Notes under the pieces: model-generated
Told to the model about the DNA's origin: nothing
The model's database searches: none
What the model saw: the letters and a program-made list of their open reading frames with translations, nothing else
Origin: an uncultured delta proteobacterium
GTDB lineage: Bacteria; Desulfobacterota; Binatia; UBA9968
Assembly (NCBI GenBank): GCA_963816145.1
Contig: CAWFJP010000004.1
Coordinates: forward strand, 32,001 to 96,000
DNA length: 64,000 nucleotides
Direction: 5' to 3'
Program-made: the position numbers and the translations under genes
Part shown: positions 23,603 through 34,680 of the stretch, piece by piece
Layout of the letters: each line of letters starts with the position of its first letter
How positions within the stretch are numbered: position 1 is the first letter of the stretch

Positions 23603-23676
23603 ATTGATAATGGACAATGGAAAATTGATAATTCCACATCCGACAATTATCCATTATCCATTTTCAATTATCCATT
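23602..23676. repeat. Inverted arrays of AATGGAT/AATTGAT-like heptamers
   Basis: AATTGATAATGGACAATGGAAAATTGATAATT followed by AATTATCCATTATCCATTTTCAATTATCCATT. Confidence 0.8.
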
Positions 23677-23698
23677 GCGCGGTGCGCTGTACACTCAC

Positions 23699-25075
23699 TT
23701 GAAGAAGTCCAACAAAAAGCTCTGGGGCGGCAGATTCAGCGGCGGCACCGCCGATTCGGTGGAAGCGTTTACCGCGTCCATCGCCGTTGATGCACGGCTC
23801 TACCGCCATGACATTATGGGCAGCATCGCCCACGCCAAGATGCTTGGCAAGCAGCGCATCATTCCGCGGCGGGACTCGCTTAAAATCGTCCGCAGCCTGG
23901 CGGCGATCGAGCGCGAGATCAAGAGCGGCAAGTTCGAGTTCTCGCCGGCGGATGAAGACATTCATATGAATATCGAGCGCCGGCTGACCGAGAAGATCGG
24001 CGCCGCCGGCGGCAAGCTGCACACGGCGCGCAGTCGCAACGATCAGGTCGCTCTGGATATGCGGCTCTATTTGCGCGACGAGGTGGCGGCGATACTGGTC
24101 ATTCTTGAAACGTTGCAACGGGAACTCGCCAAGGCGGCCAAGAAACATCTCGATGTGATCATGCCTGGCTATACTCATCTGCAGCGGGCACAGCCGGTGC
24201 TGCTATCGCATCATTGGCTGGCCTACTACGATATGTTCGAGCGCGACCGCGAGCGCTACCTCGGCTGCTTGGAACGGATCAACGTTCTGCCGCTGGGCTC
24301 GGGCGCCCTCGCCGGCACGACCTTTCCGATTGATAGAGTGTACGTGGCCAAGCTCTTGGGCTTTCCGCGGATCTCCAAGAACAGCATTGATGCGGTGAGT
24401 GATCGCGATTTTTTGCTGGAGTTTCTCTCGGTCTCGTCGATTCTGTTCGTGCATCTGAGCCGGTTGGCCGATGAATTGGTTCTCTGGTCGAGCCAAGAGT
24501 TCGCTTTCGTCGAACTGCCGGACGGTTATTGTACCGGCAGCTCGATGATGCCGCAGAAGAAAAATCCCGATGTTCCGGAGTTGATTCGCGGCAAGACCGG
24601 GCGCGTGTTCGGCCATCTGCATGCGCTGTTGACCATCATGAAAGGATTGCCGCTTGCCTATAATCGCGATCTGCAAGAAGATAAGGTGCCGTTGTTCGAC
24701 AGCGCCGATACGGTCATAGCGAGCTTGAAAATCATGGGCGAGATCGTCCGCGGTTTGAAAGTCAGGCGTGAGCGCATGTTGGCGGCGGCCCAAGACGGCT
24801 ATATGAACGCGACGGACTTGGCCGACTATCTGGTCGAGCGCGGCATGCCGTTCCGCCAAGCCCATGAGGTGTCGGGCAGGATCGTGCGATTGGGAATGTC
24901 GCTCGGCAAGCGCATTGAAGAGTTATCGCTCACGGAGTTGAGAACGTATTCGAAAAAAATCGATAAAGACATCTACGACTATCTTTCCGCCGCATCGGTG
25001 GTCGGGCGCCGGCGTGCGTTGGGCGGCACGTCGAGGAGCAATGTCGTGCGCCGGCTGAAAGAACTGGGAGTCTAG
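23699..25075 (+). CDS. argH: Argininosuccinate lyase
   Basis: [35 protein letters not shown]. Confidence 0.98.
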   Translation: MKKSNKKLWGGRFSGGTADSVEAFTASIAVDARLYRHDIMGSIAHAKMLGKQRIIPRRDSLKIVRSLAAIEREIKSGKFEFSPADEDIHMNIERRLTEKIGAAGGKLHTARSRNDQVALDMRLYLRDEVAAILVILETLQRELAKAAKKHLDVIMPGYTHLQRAQPVLLSHHWLAYYDMFERDRERYLGCLERINVLPLGSGALAGTTFPIDRVYVAKLLGFPRISKNSIDAVSDRDFLLEFLSVSSILFVHLSRLADELVLWSSQEFAFVELPDGYCTGSSMMPQKKNPDVPELIRGKTGRVFGHLHALLTIMKGLPLAYNRDLQEDKVPLFDSADTVIASLKIMGEIVRGLKVRRERMLAAAQDGYMNATDLADYLVERGMPFRQAHEVSGRIVRLGMSLGKRIEELSLTELRTYSKKIDKDIYDYLSAASVVGRRRALGGTSRSNVVRRLKELGV

Positions 25076-25510
25076 ATGAAACACGCATGGCTGCTGGTAT
25101 TGATGTTGGTCGTCGCGGCAAGCGCATGTGGCCGAAAGGGCGAACCCCGCGCGCCGGAGCTGGCGACACCGAAGTTGATCACCAATCTCACCGCGAGATC
25201 GACCGCCGCCGGCGTTGCGCTCAGCTGGAACCGGCCGACGGAATATGTCGATGGCAGCGAGCTCAAGGACTTGGCTAGCTTCGTGATTTTCCGCAAGGAA
25301 ATTTCCCAGAGCTGCCTCGATTGCCCGGTGCCGTACCGGGAGCTGACCACGGTCAACGTCGAGGATCGGGAGAAATTCGTGCGTCTCAAACAGTATCGTT
25401 TTGACGACCGCGAAGTGCGCGTCAATACCATATACCGCTATCGTGTGGCGTCGCAGTTGTTCGACGGCTCGTTGAGCGGGCCGTCCAATGAAGTAGAAAT
25501 TTCCCGCTAA
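25076..25510 (+). CDS. Lipoprotein with LptM/YifL-like CGRKG start and a beta-rich (Fn3-like) domain containing CxxC
   Basis: Lipobox ASA-C then GRKG-P-P; CLDC; located between argH and lysA. Confidence 0.65.
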   Translation: MKHAWLLVLMLVVAASACGRKGEPRAPELATPKLITNLTARSTAAGVALSWNRPTEYVDGSELKDLASFVIFRKEISQSCLDCPVPYRELTTVNVEDREKFVRLKQYRFDDREVRVNTIYRYRVASQLFDGSLSGPSNEVEISR

Positions 25511-25520
25511 GAGGTCAGGC

Positions 25521-26792
25521 ATGAATTACTTTCAATATCTCCGTGGTGAAATGTTCGCGGAAAACGTTCCGCTCAAACGTATCGCCCAGGAGGTTGGCAC
25601 CCCGGCTTACGTCTATAGTCTCGCGACGTTGAAGCGTCATTACAGCGTCTTCGACCAGGCCTTCGCCAAGGTGCCGCATATCGTTTGCTTTTCGGTGAAA
25701 GCCAATTCCAATCTGGCGCTGCTGCGCGCCTTCGCCAAACAGGGCAGCGGTTTCGATATCGTGTCCGGCGGCGAACTGTTTCGCGCCTTGAAGGTCGGCG
25801 CCGATCCCAAGCGGATCGTTTTTTCCGGCGTCGGCAAGAAAAAGCATGAAATCGAGTACGCGCTCAACTCCGATATCTTGATGTTCAATGTCGAGTCGGA
25901 AGAGGAGTTGACGGCATTAAATGACATCGCCGCCGGCATCGGCAAGAAAGCGCCGATCAGTCTGCGCGTCAATCCCGACGTCGATCCGCAGACCCATCCC
26001 TATATTTCCACGGGAATGAAAAAAGCCAAGTTCGGCGTCGATATCAAGCGGTCCATCGAAATCTACAAAAAAGCGGTGTCGCTCAAGAACTTGGAAGTGG
26101 TCGGCGTTGACTGCCATATCGGCTCTCAGTTGACGTCGCTGACGCCGTTCGTCGACGCGCTCGCCAAGCTGCGCGAGTATCTCGACCGCGTGCTGCTCGG
26201 CGAGATGAGAAAAGAAGGCGCGCGGATCCGATATCTCGATCTCGGCGGCGGATTGGGCATCAATTACAACGAAGAAGATCCGCCGTTGCCGGAGGCTTAC
26301 GCCAAAGCGATTATCAAAGGCCTCGAAGGGCTGGACGTGACGCTGATCCTCGAGCCGGGCCGGGTGATCGTCGGCAACGCCGGCATTCTTCTGACCGAAG
26401 TGCAGTTCATCAAAGAAACCGACACCAAGAAGTTCGTGATTGTCGACGGCGGCATGAACGATCTGATCCGGCCGGCGCTCTACGGATCGTACCAAGCGAT
26501 CCGGCCGGTGGTCGAGACCAAGGCGGAGATTATCAACGCCGATGTCGTTGGGCCGATCTGCGAGAGCGGCGATTTCTTCGCCAAGGACCGCGACATCGCC
26601 CGGCCCAAGCGCGGCGATTTACTGGCGGTGATGAGCGCCGGCGCCTACGGCTTTACCATGGCGTCGAACTACAATTCGCATCCCAAGCCGCCCGAAGTGC
26701 TGGTCGATGGCGATCAGTATTACGTCGTGCGCAAGCGCGAGAGCTTCGAAGATCTGATCAACGGCGAGATGATTCCGGCTGCGTGGCAATAA
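25521..26792 (+). CDS. lysA: Diaminopimelate decarboxylase
   Basis: SVKAN, HIGSQ, DLGGG, EPGR, GPICESGD, GAYG. Confidence 0.98.
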   Translation: MNYFQYLRGEMFAENVPLKRIAQEVGTPAYVYSLATLKRHYSVFDQAFAKVPHIVCFSVKANSNLALLRAFAKQGSGFDIVSGGELFRALKVGADPKRIVFSGVGKKKHEIEYALNSDILMFNVESEEELTALNDIAAGIGKKAPISLRVNPDVDPQTHPYISTGMKKAKFGVDIKRSIEIYKKAVSLKNLEVVGVDCHIGSQLTSLTPFVDALAKLREYLDRVLLGEMRKEGARIRYLDLGGGLGINYNEEDPPLPEAYAKAIIKGLEGLDVTLILEPGRVIVGNAGILLTEVQFIKETDTKKFVIVDGGMNDLIRPALYGSYQAIRPVVETKAEIINADVVGPICESGDFFAKDRDIARPKRGDLLAVMSAGAYGFTMASNYNSHPKPPEVLVDGDQYYVVRKRESFEDLINGEMIPAAWQ

Positions 26793-26830
26793 TTTCGTTC
26801 AAACGTTCAACGGTTTAAAAGTTCAAAGTT

Positions 26831-27652
26831 ATGGAACTGCAATTTACTAAGATGCATGGGGCGGGCAACGATTTCGTCTTTCTCGATTGTCTGAAGAACA
26901 ACGTCGAGAATCTCGAAGCCGTGGCCAAGCGGCTTTGCGACCGCCGTTTCGGCATTGGCGCGGATCAGTTGCTGACGGTGCATCCCTCTCAAGTCGCCGA
27001 CTTCAAAATGGAGATCTACAACGCCGACGGCAGCCAGGTGGAGATGTGTGGCAACGGCATCCGCTGTTTCGCCAAATATGTCTACGACCATGGCATCACG
27101 CAGAAGCGCGCGATCGAAGTGGAAACATTGGCGGGTATCATCAGGCCAAAGATCGTCGGCGATCTTGTCGAAGTCGACATGGGCGAACCGATTCTCGAAG
27201 GGCGCAAGATCCCCGTCGATGCCGATGGCGAAATCAAAAACCGTCCGCTTACGGTGCAGGGCAAGACTTATCAGATAACGTGCGTGTCGATGGGCAATCC
27301 CCACTCGGTGATCTATCTCGACGACATCGATTCTTTGGATCTGGCAAAGATCGGCCCCGACTTCGAACATCACCCATTTTTCCCCAAACGGGTGAACACC
27401 GAGTTCATCAAGATCATCGGTCCGTCGGAGGTGCGCATGCGCGTGTGGGAGCGTGGTGCCGGCGAGACCTGGGCCTGCGGCACCGGCGCCAGCGCCGTCG
27501 GGGTAGCCGGCGTCATCACCGGCCGCACCGAACGCAAAGTCACGGTCCATCTAAAAGGCGGCGATCTGGTCATCGAATGGCGCGCCGACAATCGCGTGTA
27601 TATGACCGGCGGAGCGACCGAAGTCTTTCACGGCACAGTTCAATTCGATTAG
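26831..27652 (+). CDS. dapF: Diaminopimelate epimerase
   Basis: KMHGAGNDF, EMCGNG, MGNPH, ERGAGETWACGTG. Confidence 0.98.
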   Translation: MELQFTKMHGAGNDFVFLDCLKNNVENLEAVAKRLCDRRFGIGADQLLTVHPSQVADFKMEIYNADGSQVEMCGNGIRCFAKYVYDHGITQKRAIEVETLAGIIRPKIVGDLVEVDMGEPILEGRKIPVDADGEIKNRPLTVQGKTYQITCVSMGNPHSVIYLDDIDSLDLAKIGPDFEHHPFFPKRVNTEFIKIIGPSEVRMRVWERGAGETWACGTGASAVGVAGVITGRTERKVTVHLKGGDLVIEWRADNRVYMTGGATEVFHGTVQFD

Positions 27653-27664
27653 GAGTCGTTGGTT

Positions 27665-28543
27665 ATGTTTACTGGTTCGATGGTTGCGTTGGTGACGCCA
27701 TTCAAAAACGGCCAAGTCGACTGGCCGAGTCTTGAGGCGCTGGTCGAGTTTCACTTAAGTAACGGCACCAACGGTATTGTCCCATGCGGTACCACCGGCG
27801 AGTCGGCGACACTTAGCCATGCGGAACACGACCAAGTGATTCGCACCGTCATCAAAGCCGTGAATAAACGCGTGCCGGTAATTGCTGGCACCGGGTCGAA
27901 TTCCACCGATGAGGCGGTTCGCTTAACCAAGGAAGCGGAAAGATCCGGCGCCGACGGCGCACTAATGATCTCGCCTTACTACAACCGGCCGACCCAGGAA
28001 GGGATCTATCAGCATTATAAGAAAGTCGCCTCGGAAGTCGGTATCCCGCTGATCGTTTACAACATTCCCGGCCGCACCGGTTCGAAGATCGAAGCCGAGA
28101 CATTAGCGCGGCTTGCCGAAATCAAGAATGTTGTCGGCGTCAAAGAAGCCACTGGTTCGGTGGACCAAGCCATCGACGTGATCCGCTTGTGCGGCGATCG
28201 TCTGGCAGTCTACTCCGGCGAAGATTCGTTGATTTACTCGCTGATGGCGCTCGGCGGTAAAGGCGTGATCTCCACGGTTGCCAATGTCGCGCCGCGACAG
28301 ACCGCGCAGCTTACCCAGGCTTGTCTGGCGGGCAATTGGGACGATGGCCGCAAGATTCAATTCCAACTGATCCCGCTGATTCGCAGTCTGTTCATCGAAA
28401 CTAATCCGATCCCGGTGAAAACCGCGCTGGCGTTGATGGGCAAGTGTACCGGGGAATTGCGTTTACCGATGACGCCGATGGCCGAGGGTAACATGAAAAA
28501 GCTAAAAATAGCCCTCGAAGATTTCGGGTTATTGCAAAACTAG
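27665..28543 (+). CDS. dapA: 4-hydroxy-tetrahydrodipicolinate synthase
   Basis: GTTGES, PYYN, YNIPGRT, GVKEA, NPIPVK. Confidence 0.97.
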   Translation: MFTGSMVALVTPFKNGQVDWPSLEALVEFHLSNGTNGIVPCGTTGESATLSHAEHDQVIRTVIKAVNKRVPVIAGTGSNSTDEAVRLTKEAERSGADGALMISPYYNRPTQEGIYQHYKKVASEVGIPLIVYNIPGRTGSKIEAETLARLAEIKNVVGVKEATGSVDQAIDVIRLCGDRLAVYSGEDSLIYSLMALGGKGVISTVANVAPRQTAQLTQACLAGNWDDGRKIQFQLIPLIRSLFIETNPIPVKTALALMGKCTGELRLPMTPMAEGNMKKLKIALEDFGLLQN

Positions 28544-29347
28544 ATGACACTGGGAATCATTGTTTGCGGCGTCGGCGGGCGCATGGGCGGCGCGGTTATT
28601 CGCGCCGCGCAGCAGTTCGCGGGCGTGAGCGTGATCGCGGCGATCGATAGACCTGGGAGCGCGCGCATTGGCAAAGACGCCGGTGCAATCTCCGGTGTCG
28701 GCAGCATTGGTGTTTCGGTCAGCGATCGGATCTTACCCGCGCACAAAGCCAATTCAGTCATCATCGATTTCACCAGTCCCGAAGCTTCCCTGGGTTATCT
28801 AAAGGAAGCGGCGAAGCATCGTATTCCAATCGTCATTGCGACCACCGGCTTCGATGCCAAACAGTCGAGCGCCATCAAGCGGCTGGCGGGGCACACTCCG
28901 ACGCTGCTGTCGGCAAACACCAGTTGGGGTGTCAATGTGTTGGTTTCTCTTCTGGGCAAAGCCGCCAAAATGCTGGGCGATGACTACGATGTCGAGATCG
29001 TCGAAGCGCACCACCGCTTCAAAAAAGACGCGCCGAGCGGCACGGCGCTGGCGCTCGGCCGCTCGGTCGCCGAAGCGCTCAATCGCGATCTCGACAAGGT
29101 CGGCATCAATGGCCGCAAAGGCATTGTCGGCGCCCGTGGCAAAAAAGAAATCGCCCTGCTTTCGGTCCGCGCCGGCGACATCGTCGGCGAGCATACGGTA
29201 ATCTTTGGCGGTATCGGCGAGCGCCTTGAATTCATCCACCGCGCCCACAGCCGCGACACCTTCGCCCATGGCGCCATCCGCGCGGCGCAGTGGCTGGCTG
29301 GAAAGAAGCCTGGCCTGTACGGCATGCCGGATCTTTTGGTAAGGTAG
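28544..29347 (+). CDS. dapB: 4-hydroxy-tetrahydrodipicolinate reductase
   Basis: GVGGRMG, EAHHRFKKDAPSGTA, GDIVGEH. Confidence 0.97.
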   Translation: MTLGIIVCGVGGRMGGAVIRAAQQFAGVSVIAAIDRPGSARIGKDAGAISGVGSIGVSVSDRILPAHKANSVIIDFTSPEASLGYLKEAAKHRIPIVIATTGFDAKQSSAIKRLAGHTPTLLSANTSWGVNVLVSLLGKAAKMLGDDYDVEIVEAHHRFKKDAPSGTALALGRSVAEALNRDLDKVGINGRKGIVGARGKKEIALLSVRAGDIVGEHTVIFGGIGERLEFIHRAHSRDTFAHGAIRAAQWLAGKKPGLYGMPDLLVR

Positions 29348-29632
29348 CTGCCGCGCGAGTTCGACACGAGTTCGGCCGGCCGGCAGCCTCGTTTTTCACC
29401 ATCGGTTCCTTCCGCTAATTTCCTCACCGGGTGGCTCAAACCAAATGATTCACTCGATTGGGTTGACTTTTCATCGAGAGGGCTCCTGCAAATTCGTTGA
29501 TCGTTCACAGAAAAATTTCTTCGCAATCGCGCCAAACTCGTCTATCATTACATACTGTAAATTCGCGTTGGCGTGTGGGCTGAAATACCAAGGGTTCGAT
29601 GCGGTGATTTTGAGCAGTAACGGGATGCGGGT

Positions 29633-31162
29633 GTGACTGGCCAAAAAAAACCTCGAGTGCTCATTTTTGTGGTCGCCTATAATGCCGAGCGGACCATTGA
29701 AAGTGTTCTGGCGCGTATCCCAGTCAGCTTGGCCGGCGACTACGAGGTCGAGATTCTTGCCATCGACGATTCTTCGCGCGATCGCACTTTCGAAGTCGGT
29801 CATAGGATTGAATTGGCCGGTTCTTCGCCTTTTCCGCTGCACGTCCTGTTCAATCCGGTCAACCAGGGCTATGGCGGCAATCAGAAAATCGGTTATCACT
29901 ATGCGATTCAGAACAACTTCGATTTTGTCGCATTGCTGCATGGGGATGGCCAGTATGCGCCGGAGGTGCTTCCGGAGCTTTTGAAGCCGCTCGATCAGGG
30001 GATAGCCGACGCGGTATTCGGCTCGCGAATGCTCAGCCGAGGGGCGGCACGCAAGGGCGGTATGCCGCTCTACAAGTTAGTCGGCAACAAGATTCTCACG
30101 TCGTTTCAAAACCGGTTGTTGCGCACGAATTTGAGTGAGTTTCATTCCGGCTATCGAATTTACTCGGTGGCCGCACTTAAAAGGCTGCCGTTCGACCGCA
30201 ACACCAACGACTTTCACTTCGATACCGAAATAATCATTCAGCTGATCAAAGCGTGTATGCGCATCCACGAGATACCCATTCCGACCTACTACGGCAATGA
30301 AATTTGCCACGTCAACGGAATCAAGTACGCCTGGGACGTCGCCAAAACGACCCTTAGATCGCGGGCTCACGAGCTGTGTATTTTTTATGACAGTAAATTC
30401 GACTGCGAGCCAGAGCAGGCGGCCAACGCTTACTATGAACCCAAGCTAGGTTACGACAGCTCGCATAGCGCGATTCTCGACCTCGTGCCGGCAGGTTCTA
30501 AAGTTTTGGATCTGGGATGCGCGGGAGGCTACATGTGCGCGTTGCTGCAGCGGGATCGCGATTGTGACTGCACCGGCGTCGATATCTTTCCGCTGCCGCA
30601 AAAAATTGTCTTGAACCGATTTGTTCAGCATGACCTGAACATGGGGCCACCTCAGTTGGAATTTTCAGACTACGACTATGTATTGCTGCAAGACGTCATC
30701 GAGCACCTGGTATCACCAGAATTGTTTTTGGATCGCTTGCGCGAAAGTATGAAGTATTGCACGGGGACAAAAATCATCGTCACCACGCCCAATGTTGGCT
30801 TTGTTATTATCCGATTGATGCTGCTGCTCGGGCAATTCAACTACGGTAAGCGCGGCATTCTCGACCTTACACACAAACGACTCTTTACCTTCGCATCGAT
30901 CGGGCATCTTTTCGACCAACATGGCTTCCAAGTTTCAACTTGCCGCGGCATCCCGGCGCCGTTTCCGGTGGCGCTTGGACAGGGCTTTTTGAGCCGATTC
31001 TTGATTGCGCTTAACAAATGCTTGCTTCGACTGTTACCCTCTATGTTTTCCTATCAGATACTTGCAGTGGCTGAACCGAGGCCTTCGTTGGAGATCCTAT
31101 TACAGCGTGCCCTGGACGAATCTGCCTCCCGCGCACAGGACTTGGCAGCGAACTTGTCGTGA
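29633..31162 (+). CDS. Bifunctional GT2 (DPM-synthase-like) glycosyltransferase / class I SAM methyltransferase
   Basis: VVAYNAE, IDDSSRD, NQGYGGNQK, HGDGQY, EFHSGYR; C-terminal VLDLGCAGG, DVIEH, GILDLTH. Confidence 0.88.
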   Translation: MTGQKKPRVLIFVVAYNAERTIESVLARIPVSLAGDYEVEILAIDDSSRDRTFEVGHRIELAGSSPFPLHVLFNPVNQGYGGNQKIGYHYAIQNNFDFVALLHGDGQYAPEVLPELLKPLDQGIADAVFGSRMLSRGAARKGGMPLYKLVGNKILTSFQNRLLRTNLSEFHSGYRIYSVAALKRLPFDRNTNDFHFDTEIIIQLIKACMRIHEIPIPTYYGNEICHVNGIKYAWDVAKTTLRSRAHELCIFYDSKFDCEPEQAANAYYEPKLGYDSSHSAILDLVPAGSKVLDLGCAGGYMCALLQRDRDCDCTGVDIFPLPQKIVLNRFVQHDLNMGPPQLEFSDYDYVLLQDVIEHLVSPELFLDRLRESMKYCTGTKIIVTTPNVGFVIIRLMLLLGQFNYGKRGILDLTHKRLFTFASIGHLFDQHGFQVSTCRGIPAPFPVALGQGFLSRFLIALNKCLLRLLPSMFSYQILAVAEPRPSLEILLQRALDESASRAQDLAANLS

Positions 31163-31278
31163 CTGCCGGCAAATCGCTCTATCTGGTTTGCGTGCCGTCT
31201 TTTTGGCTGTGTCGGTCCGGCAATTCGCGGTCGGTTGGGCAGTCGGTCTATCGTCACTTTCGATGAAATGACTTAGTT

Positions 31279-31307
31279 TTGACTCTCCCCGGCCTATCCA
31301 TTACATT
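31279..31307 (+). promoter_or_regulatory. sigma70-type promoter for GlyRS
   Basis: TTGACT-17 nt-TACATT, 32 nt upstream of ATG 31340. Confidence 0.65.
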
Positions 31308-31339
31308 GTTTGGACTTCCCTGCCGAATAGGAACGTTTA

Positions 31340-32725
31340 ATGGTCGAAATGGACAAGATTGTGTCGCTGTGCAAGCGGCGCGGCTTTATTTTTCAATCCA
31401 GCGAGATTTATGGCGGGACCGGGTCTTGTTGGGACTACGGTCCACTGGGGGTCGAGCTCAAGAACAACGTCAAGCGCGCTTGGTGGCGCGACTGCGTGCA
31501 GAACCGCGGCGACATGGTCGGGCTCGATGCGTCGATTCTCATGCACCCGCGGGTCTGGAAGGCGAGCGGTCATTTGGACCATTTCACCGATCCGATGGTC
31601 GACTGCAAGGCGTGCAAGGGACGCTTTCGCGCGGACAAGCTCGAGGATGCGCGCTGCCCGCAGAAGCCGTCGAAGCAGCCTGGCCAGCATGACGCTTGCG
31701 CGCTCACCGAGGCGCGAATGTTCAATCTCATGTTTAAAACCTTCATGGGGCCGGTGGAGGATGATGCTGCGGTTGCTTATCTTCGGCCGGAAACCGCGCA
31801 GGGGATTTTCGTCAACTTCGAGAATGTCCAGCAGTCGATGCGTTTGAAGCTGCCCTTTGGTATCGCCCAGATCGGCAAGTCTTTCCGCAACGAAATCACA
31901 CCGGGTAATTTTACGTTTCGCACCCGTGAATTCGAGCAAATGGAAATCGAATTCTTCGTCATGCCGGGGACCGACGAGGACTGGCACCAACGCTGGCTCG
32001 ACGAGCGCTTCGCCTGGTATCCCAAATACGGCATTCACAAGGAAAACCTGCGGCTGCGCGAGCATGAGAAAGACGAGCTGGCGCACTACGCCAAACGCAC
32101 CGCCGACATCGAGTATCTGTTCCCGATGGGTTGGAGTGAGCTCGAAGGGATCGCCAACCGCACCGATTTCGATTTGAAGCAGCACGCCCAGTTCAGCGGC
32201 AAGACCCTGGAATACTTCGACGAGGAGAGCAGGCAAAAGGTGGTTCCCTTTGTCATCGAGCCGTCGGCCGGCGCCGACCGCGGCACATTGGCGTTCCTTG
32301 TCGACGCCTATCGCGAGGAAGAGGTGAAGGGCGAGAAGCGCGTGGTGCTGAACTTTCATCCCGAGCTCGCGCCGATCAAGATTGCGATCCTGCCGCTCTT
32401 GAAGAAGAATTCACGGATCGTTGAGACCGCGCGGAAGCTGTGCGCCGAGCTGCGCAAACGTTGGCACTCGGTCTATGACGACACCGCGTCGATCGGCCGA
32501 CTCTACCGCCGCCAGGACGAAGTCGGCACGCCGTTCTGCGTCACCGTCGATGTGCAAACGGTCGGCGATGAAAAGTCGGCGGCCGACGAAAAAGTGACGA
32601 TTCGCGACCGCGACAACATGCAGCAGGTCCGCGTGCCGCTGGCGTCGTTGATTGGAGTGATGGAAAAGCTCATGGACGGCGAGTGGGCCGAGGTTCATCG
32701 CCAGCACGGCGTTGCGCGAGGCTAA
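31340..32725 (+). CDS. glyQS: Glycine--tRNA ligase, homodimeric alpha2 type
   Basis: [54 protein letters not shown], anticodon-binding [10 protein letters not shown]. Confidence 0.96.
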   Translation: MVEMDKIVSLCKRRGFIFQSSEIYGGTGSCWDYGPLGVELKNNVKRAWWRDCVQNRGDMVGLDASILMHPRVWKASGHLDHFTDPMVDCKACKGRFRADKLEDARCPQKPSKQPGQHDACALTEARMFNLMFKTFMGPVEDDAAVAYLRPETAQGIFVNFENVQQSMRLKLPFGIAQIGKSFRNEITPGNFTFRTREFEQMEIEFFVMPGTDEDWHQRWLDERFAWYPKYGIHKENLRLREHEKDELAHYAKRTADIEYLFPMGWSELEGIANRTDFDLKQHAQFSGKTLEYFDEESRQKVVPFVIEPSAGADRGTLAFLVDAYREEEVKGEKRVVLNFHPELAPIKIAILPLLKKNSRIVETARKLCAELRKRWHSVYDDTASIGRLYRRQDEVGTPFCVTVDVQTVGDEKSAADEKVTIRDRDNMQQVRVPLASLIGVMEKLMDGEWAEVHRQHGVARG

Positions 32726-32768
32726 GATCTAAGAACGTTGAGTTGCAATCAAGATCGATAGACACCCT

Positions 32769-32850
32769 TCACCACGAAGGACACGAAGAGCACGAAGTTC
32801 GGAGTTTAAACTATCTTAACCCTTCGTGTCCTTCGTGCTCTTCGTGGTGA
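32769..32850. repeat. Inverted pair of CACGAAG nonamer arrays (long hairpin)
   Basis: TCACCACGAAGGACACGAAGAGCACGAAG (32769-32797) vs CTTCGTGTCCTTCGTGCTCTTCGTGGTGA (32822-32850). Confidence 0.85.
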
Positions 32851-32856
32851 GTTTGA

Positions 32857-34680
32857 ATGTTTTCATCGCTTGCGCCCACTGACTGCGAACCAAAGGACAC
32901 AGAGATTCTTCGCTATTACCACCGGGTCAAGTTTCTCATTGACCGCTACCGTCGGCTGCTCCTTCTCGGCGTTCTTTCGCTGATCGCGACTGATTTCTCC
33001 GGCATCGCGTTGCCATGGTTGATCAAAGGCGGCATCGACACGGCGTTGCGCGCCAAAGACGACATCGCCTCGCTAATCGCTTACCCGCTGCTGATTCTCG
33101 GCGCAGCGTCGTTGCAAGGCTTTTTTCGTTTCTGCTGGCGCATCAACATTCACGGTTTCTCGCGCCGCTGCGAGGCCGACTTGCGCGATGCAGTGTTCGC
33201 CCACCTGCAAAAGTTGCCGCTCAGCTATTTTCAATACAACAAGATCGGCGACTTGATGTCGCGCCTGACCAACGACATCCACGCCGTGCGCGAGCTCATG
33301 GGTTTCGGTTCGCTGGCGATCGTCGACGCTGTGGTGGTGATTCTTTTCAGCTTGACGCTGATGATCACCATCGATCCTTGGCTGACCCTGTGGTCGATGA
33401 TGGCGATGCCGTTTATTCCGGTCGTCGTGCGCTTCTTCGGACGGCATATTTTCCGCTGGTCGCGCGACACCCAGGATCAACTGAGCGTGATGAGCGCCTA
33501 CACGCTGGAAAACTTCTCCGGCATCCGCGTCGTCCAAGCTTACGCCCAGGAGGAAAACCAGATTCACGGCTTCGATCGGATCAGCTCCGAGTACCGCAAG
33601 AAGACCATGTGGCTGGCGACGCTGTGGGGGGTTTTCTGGCCGCTGATGCAGGTTCATGCCGGCATCGCTGGCACCATCGTGCTCTGGCTTGGCGGTCGCC
33701 AGGTGTTGGCGGGAACCATGACTCTTGGAGAATACGTCGCTTTCAACGGCTATCTCGCGATGCTTACTTGGCCGCTCATGGCGATCGGTTACACCGCCAA
33801 TCAATATCAGCGCGGCACCGCGGCGCTCACCCGGATAGCCGAAGTGCTGGACACGCCCGTGGGTTCGCGTTACGCGAGTCCCACCGATCTCGAGCCGGCA
33901 AAGGCCGTGCGTGGCGCCATTGAGCTGCGCAATTTGACTTTCTCCTATGGCACCACCCAAGCGGCGGAACTGCGCAATATTAATTTGCACATTCCCGCGG
34001 GCAAGATCTGCGGCATCATCGGTGAGACCGGTGCGGGCAAGAGCACGCTGGTGAATCTTTTGCTGCGGCTTTATGAACCGCCGACGCAGTCGATTCTGAT
34101 TGACGGCATCGATATTTGCCGCATGCCGCTGCGCCAGCTGGAGGACGCCGTCGGCTTTGTCTCGCAGGATATTTTTCTGTTCTCGGGGTCGGTGCGGGAG
34201 AATATCTTGCTCGGCGTCGAGAACGGCGAGTTGGCGCGGGTCGAAGAGGCGGCGCGAATCGCCCAATTGCTGCCGGCCGTCGAGTCGTTCGGCGCCGGCT
34301 TCGAGACGATCATCGGCGAGCGCGGCGTGCGCCTATCGGGTGGACAGAAACAGCGCACCGCGCTGGCGCGAGCGCTGATCAAGGATCCGCCGATTCTAAT
34401 TCTTGACGACGCGTTTTCCAGCGTCGATGTCGAAACCGAAGAAGAGATTCTACGCGAGCTCAAACAGTTCATGCGCGGCCGCACGACGTTGCTCATATCG
34501 CATCGCATCTCCACCGTGCGCGATGCCGACATGATCGTCTACCTGAGCGGCGGCACGATCATCGAGCAGGGGACGCACGAGCAACTCTTGGCGCAGCGCG
34601 GCGCTTATTTCAGTTTGTTCCGGCGCCAGAGTCTTGAACGGGAAGTCGCCACCTTGATGCTTGAGGACGGGCAGCGATGA
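32857..34680 (+). CDS. Heterodimeric ABC exporter subunit 1 (YheI/BmrC-like)
   Basis: TM domain + NBD: GETGAGKS, LSGGQ, degenerate Walker B LILDD; start uncertain. Confidence 0.92.
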   Translation: MFSSLAPTDCEPKDTEILRYYHRVKFLIDRYRRLLLLGVLSLIATDFSGIALPWLIKGGIDTALRAKDDIASLIAYPLLILGAASLQGFFRFCWRINIHGFSRRCEADLRDAVFAHLQKLPLSYFQYNKIGDLMSRLTNDIHAVRELMGFGSLAIVDAVVVILFSLTLMITIDPWLTLWSMMAMPFIPVVVRFFGRHIFRWSRDTQDQLSVMSAYTLENFSGIRVVQAYAQEENQIHGFDRISSEYRKKTMWLATLWGVFWPLMQVHAGIAGTIVLWLGGRQVLAGTMTLGEYVAFNGYLAMLTWPLMAIGYTANQYQRGTAALTRIAEVLDTPVGSRYASPTDLEPAKAVRGAIELRNLTFSYGTTQAAELRNINLHIPAGKICGIIGETGAGKSTLVNLLLRLYEPPTQSILIDGIDICRMPLRQLEDAVGFVSQDIFLFSGSVRENILLGVENGELARVEEAARIAQLLPAVESFGAGFETIIGERGVRLSGGQKQRTALARALIKDPPILILDDAFSSVDVETEEEILRELKQFMRGRTTLLISHRISTVRDADMIVYLSGGTIIEQGTHEQLLAQRGAYFSLFRRQSLEREVATLMLEDGQR

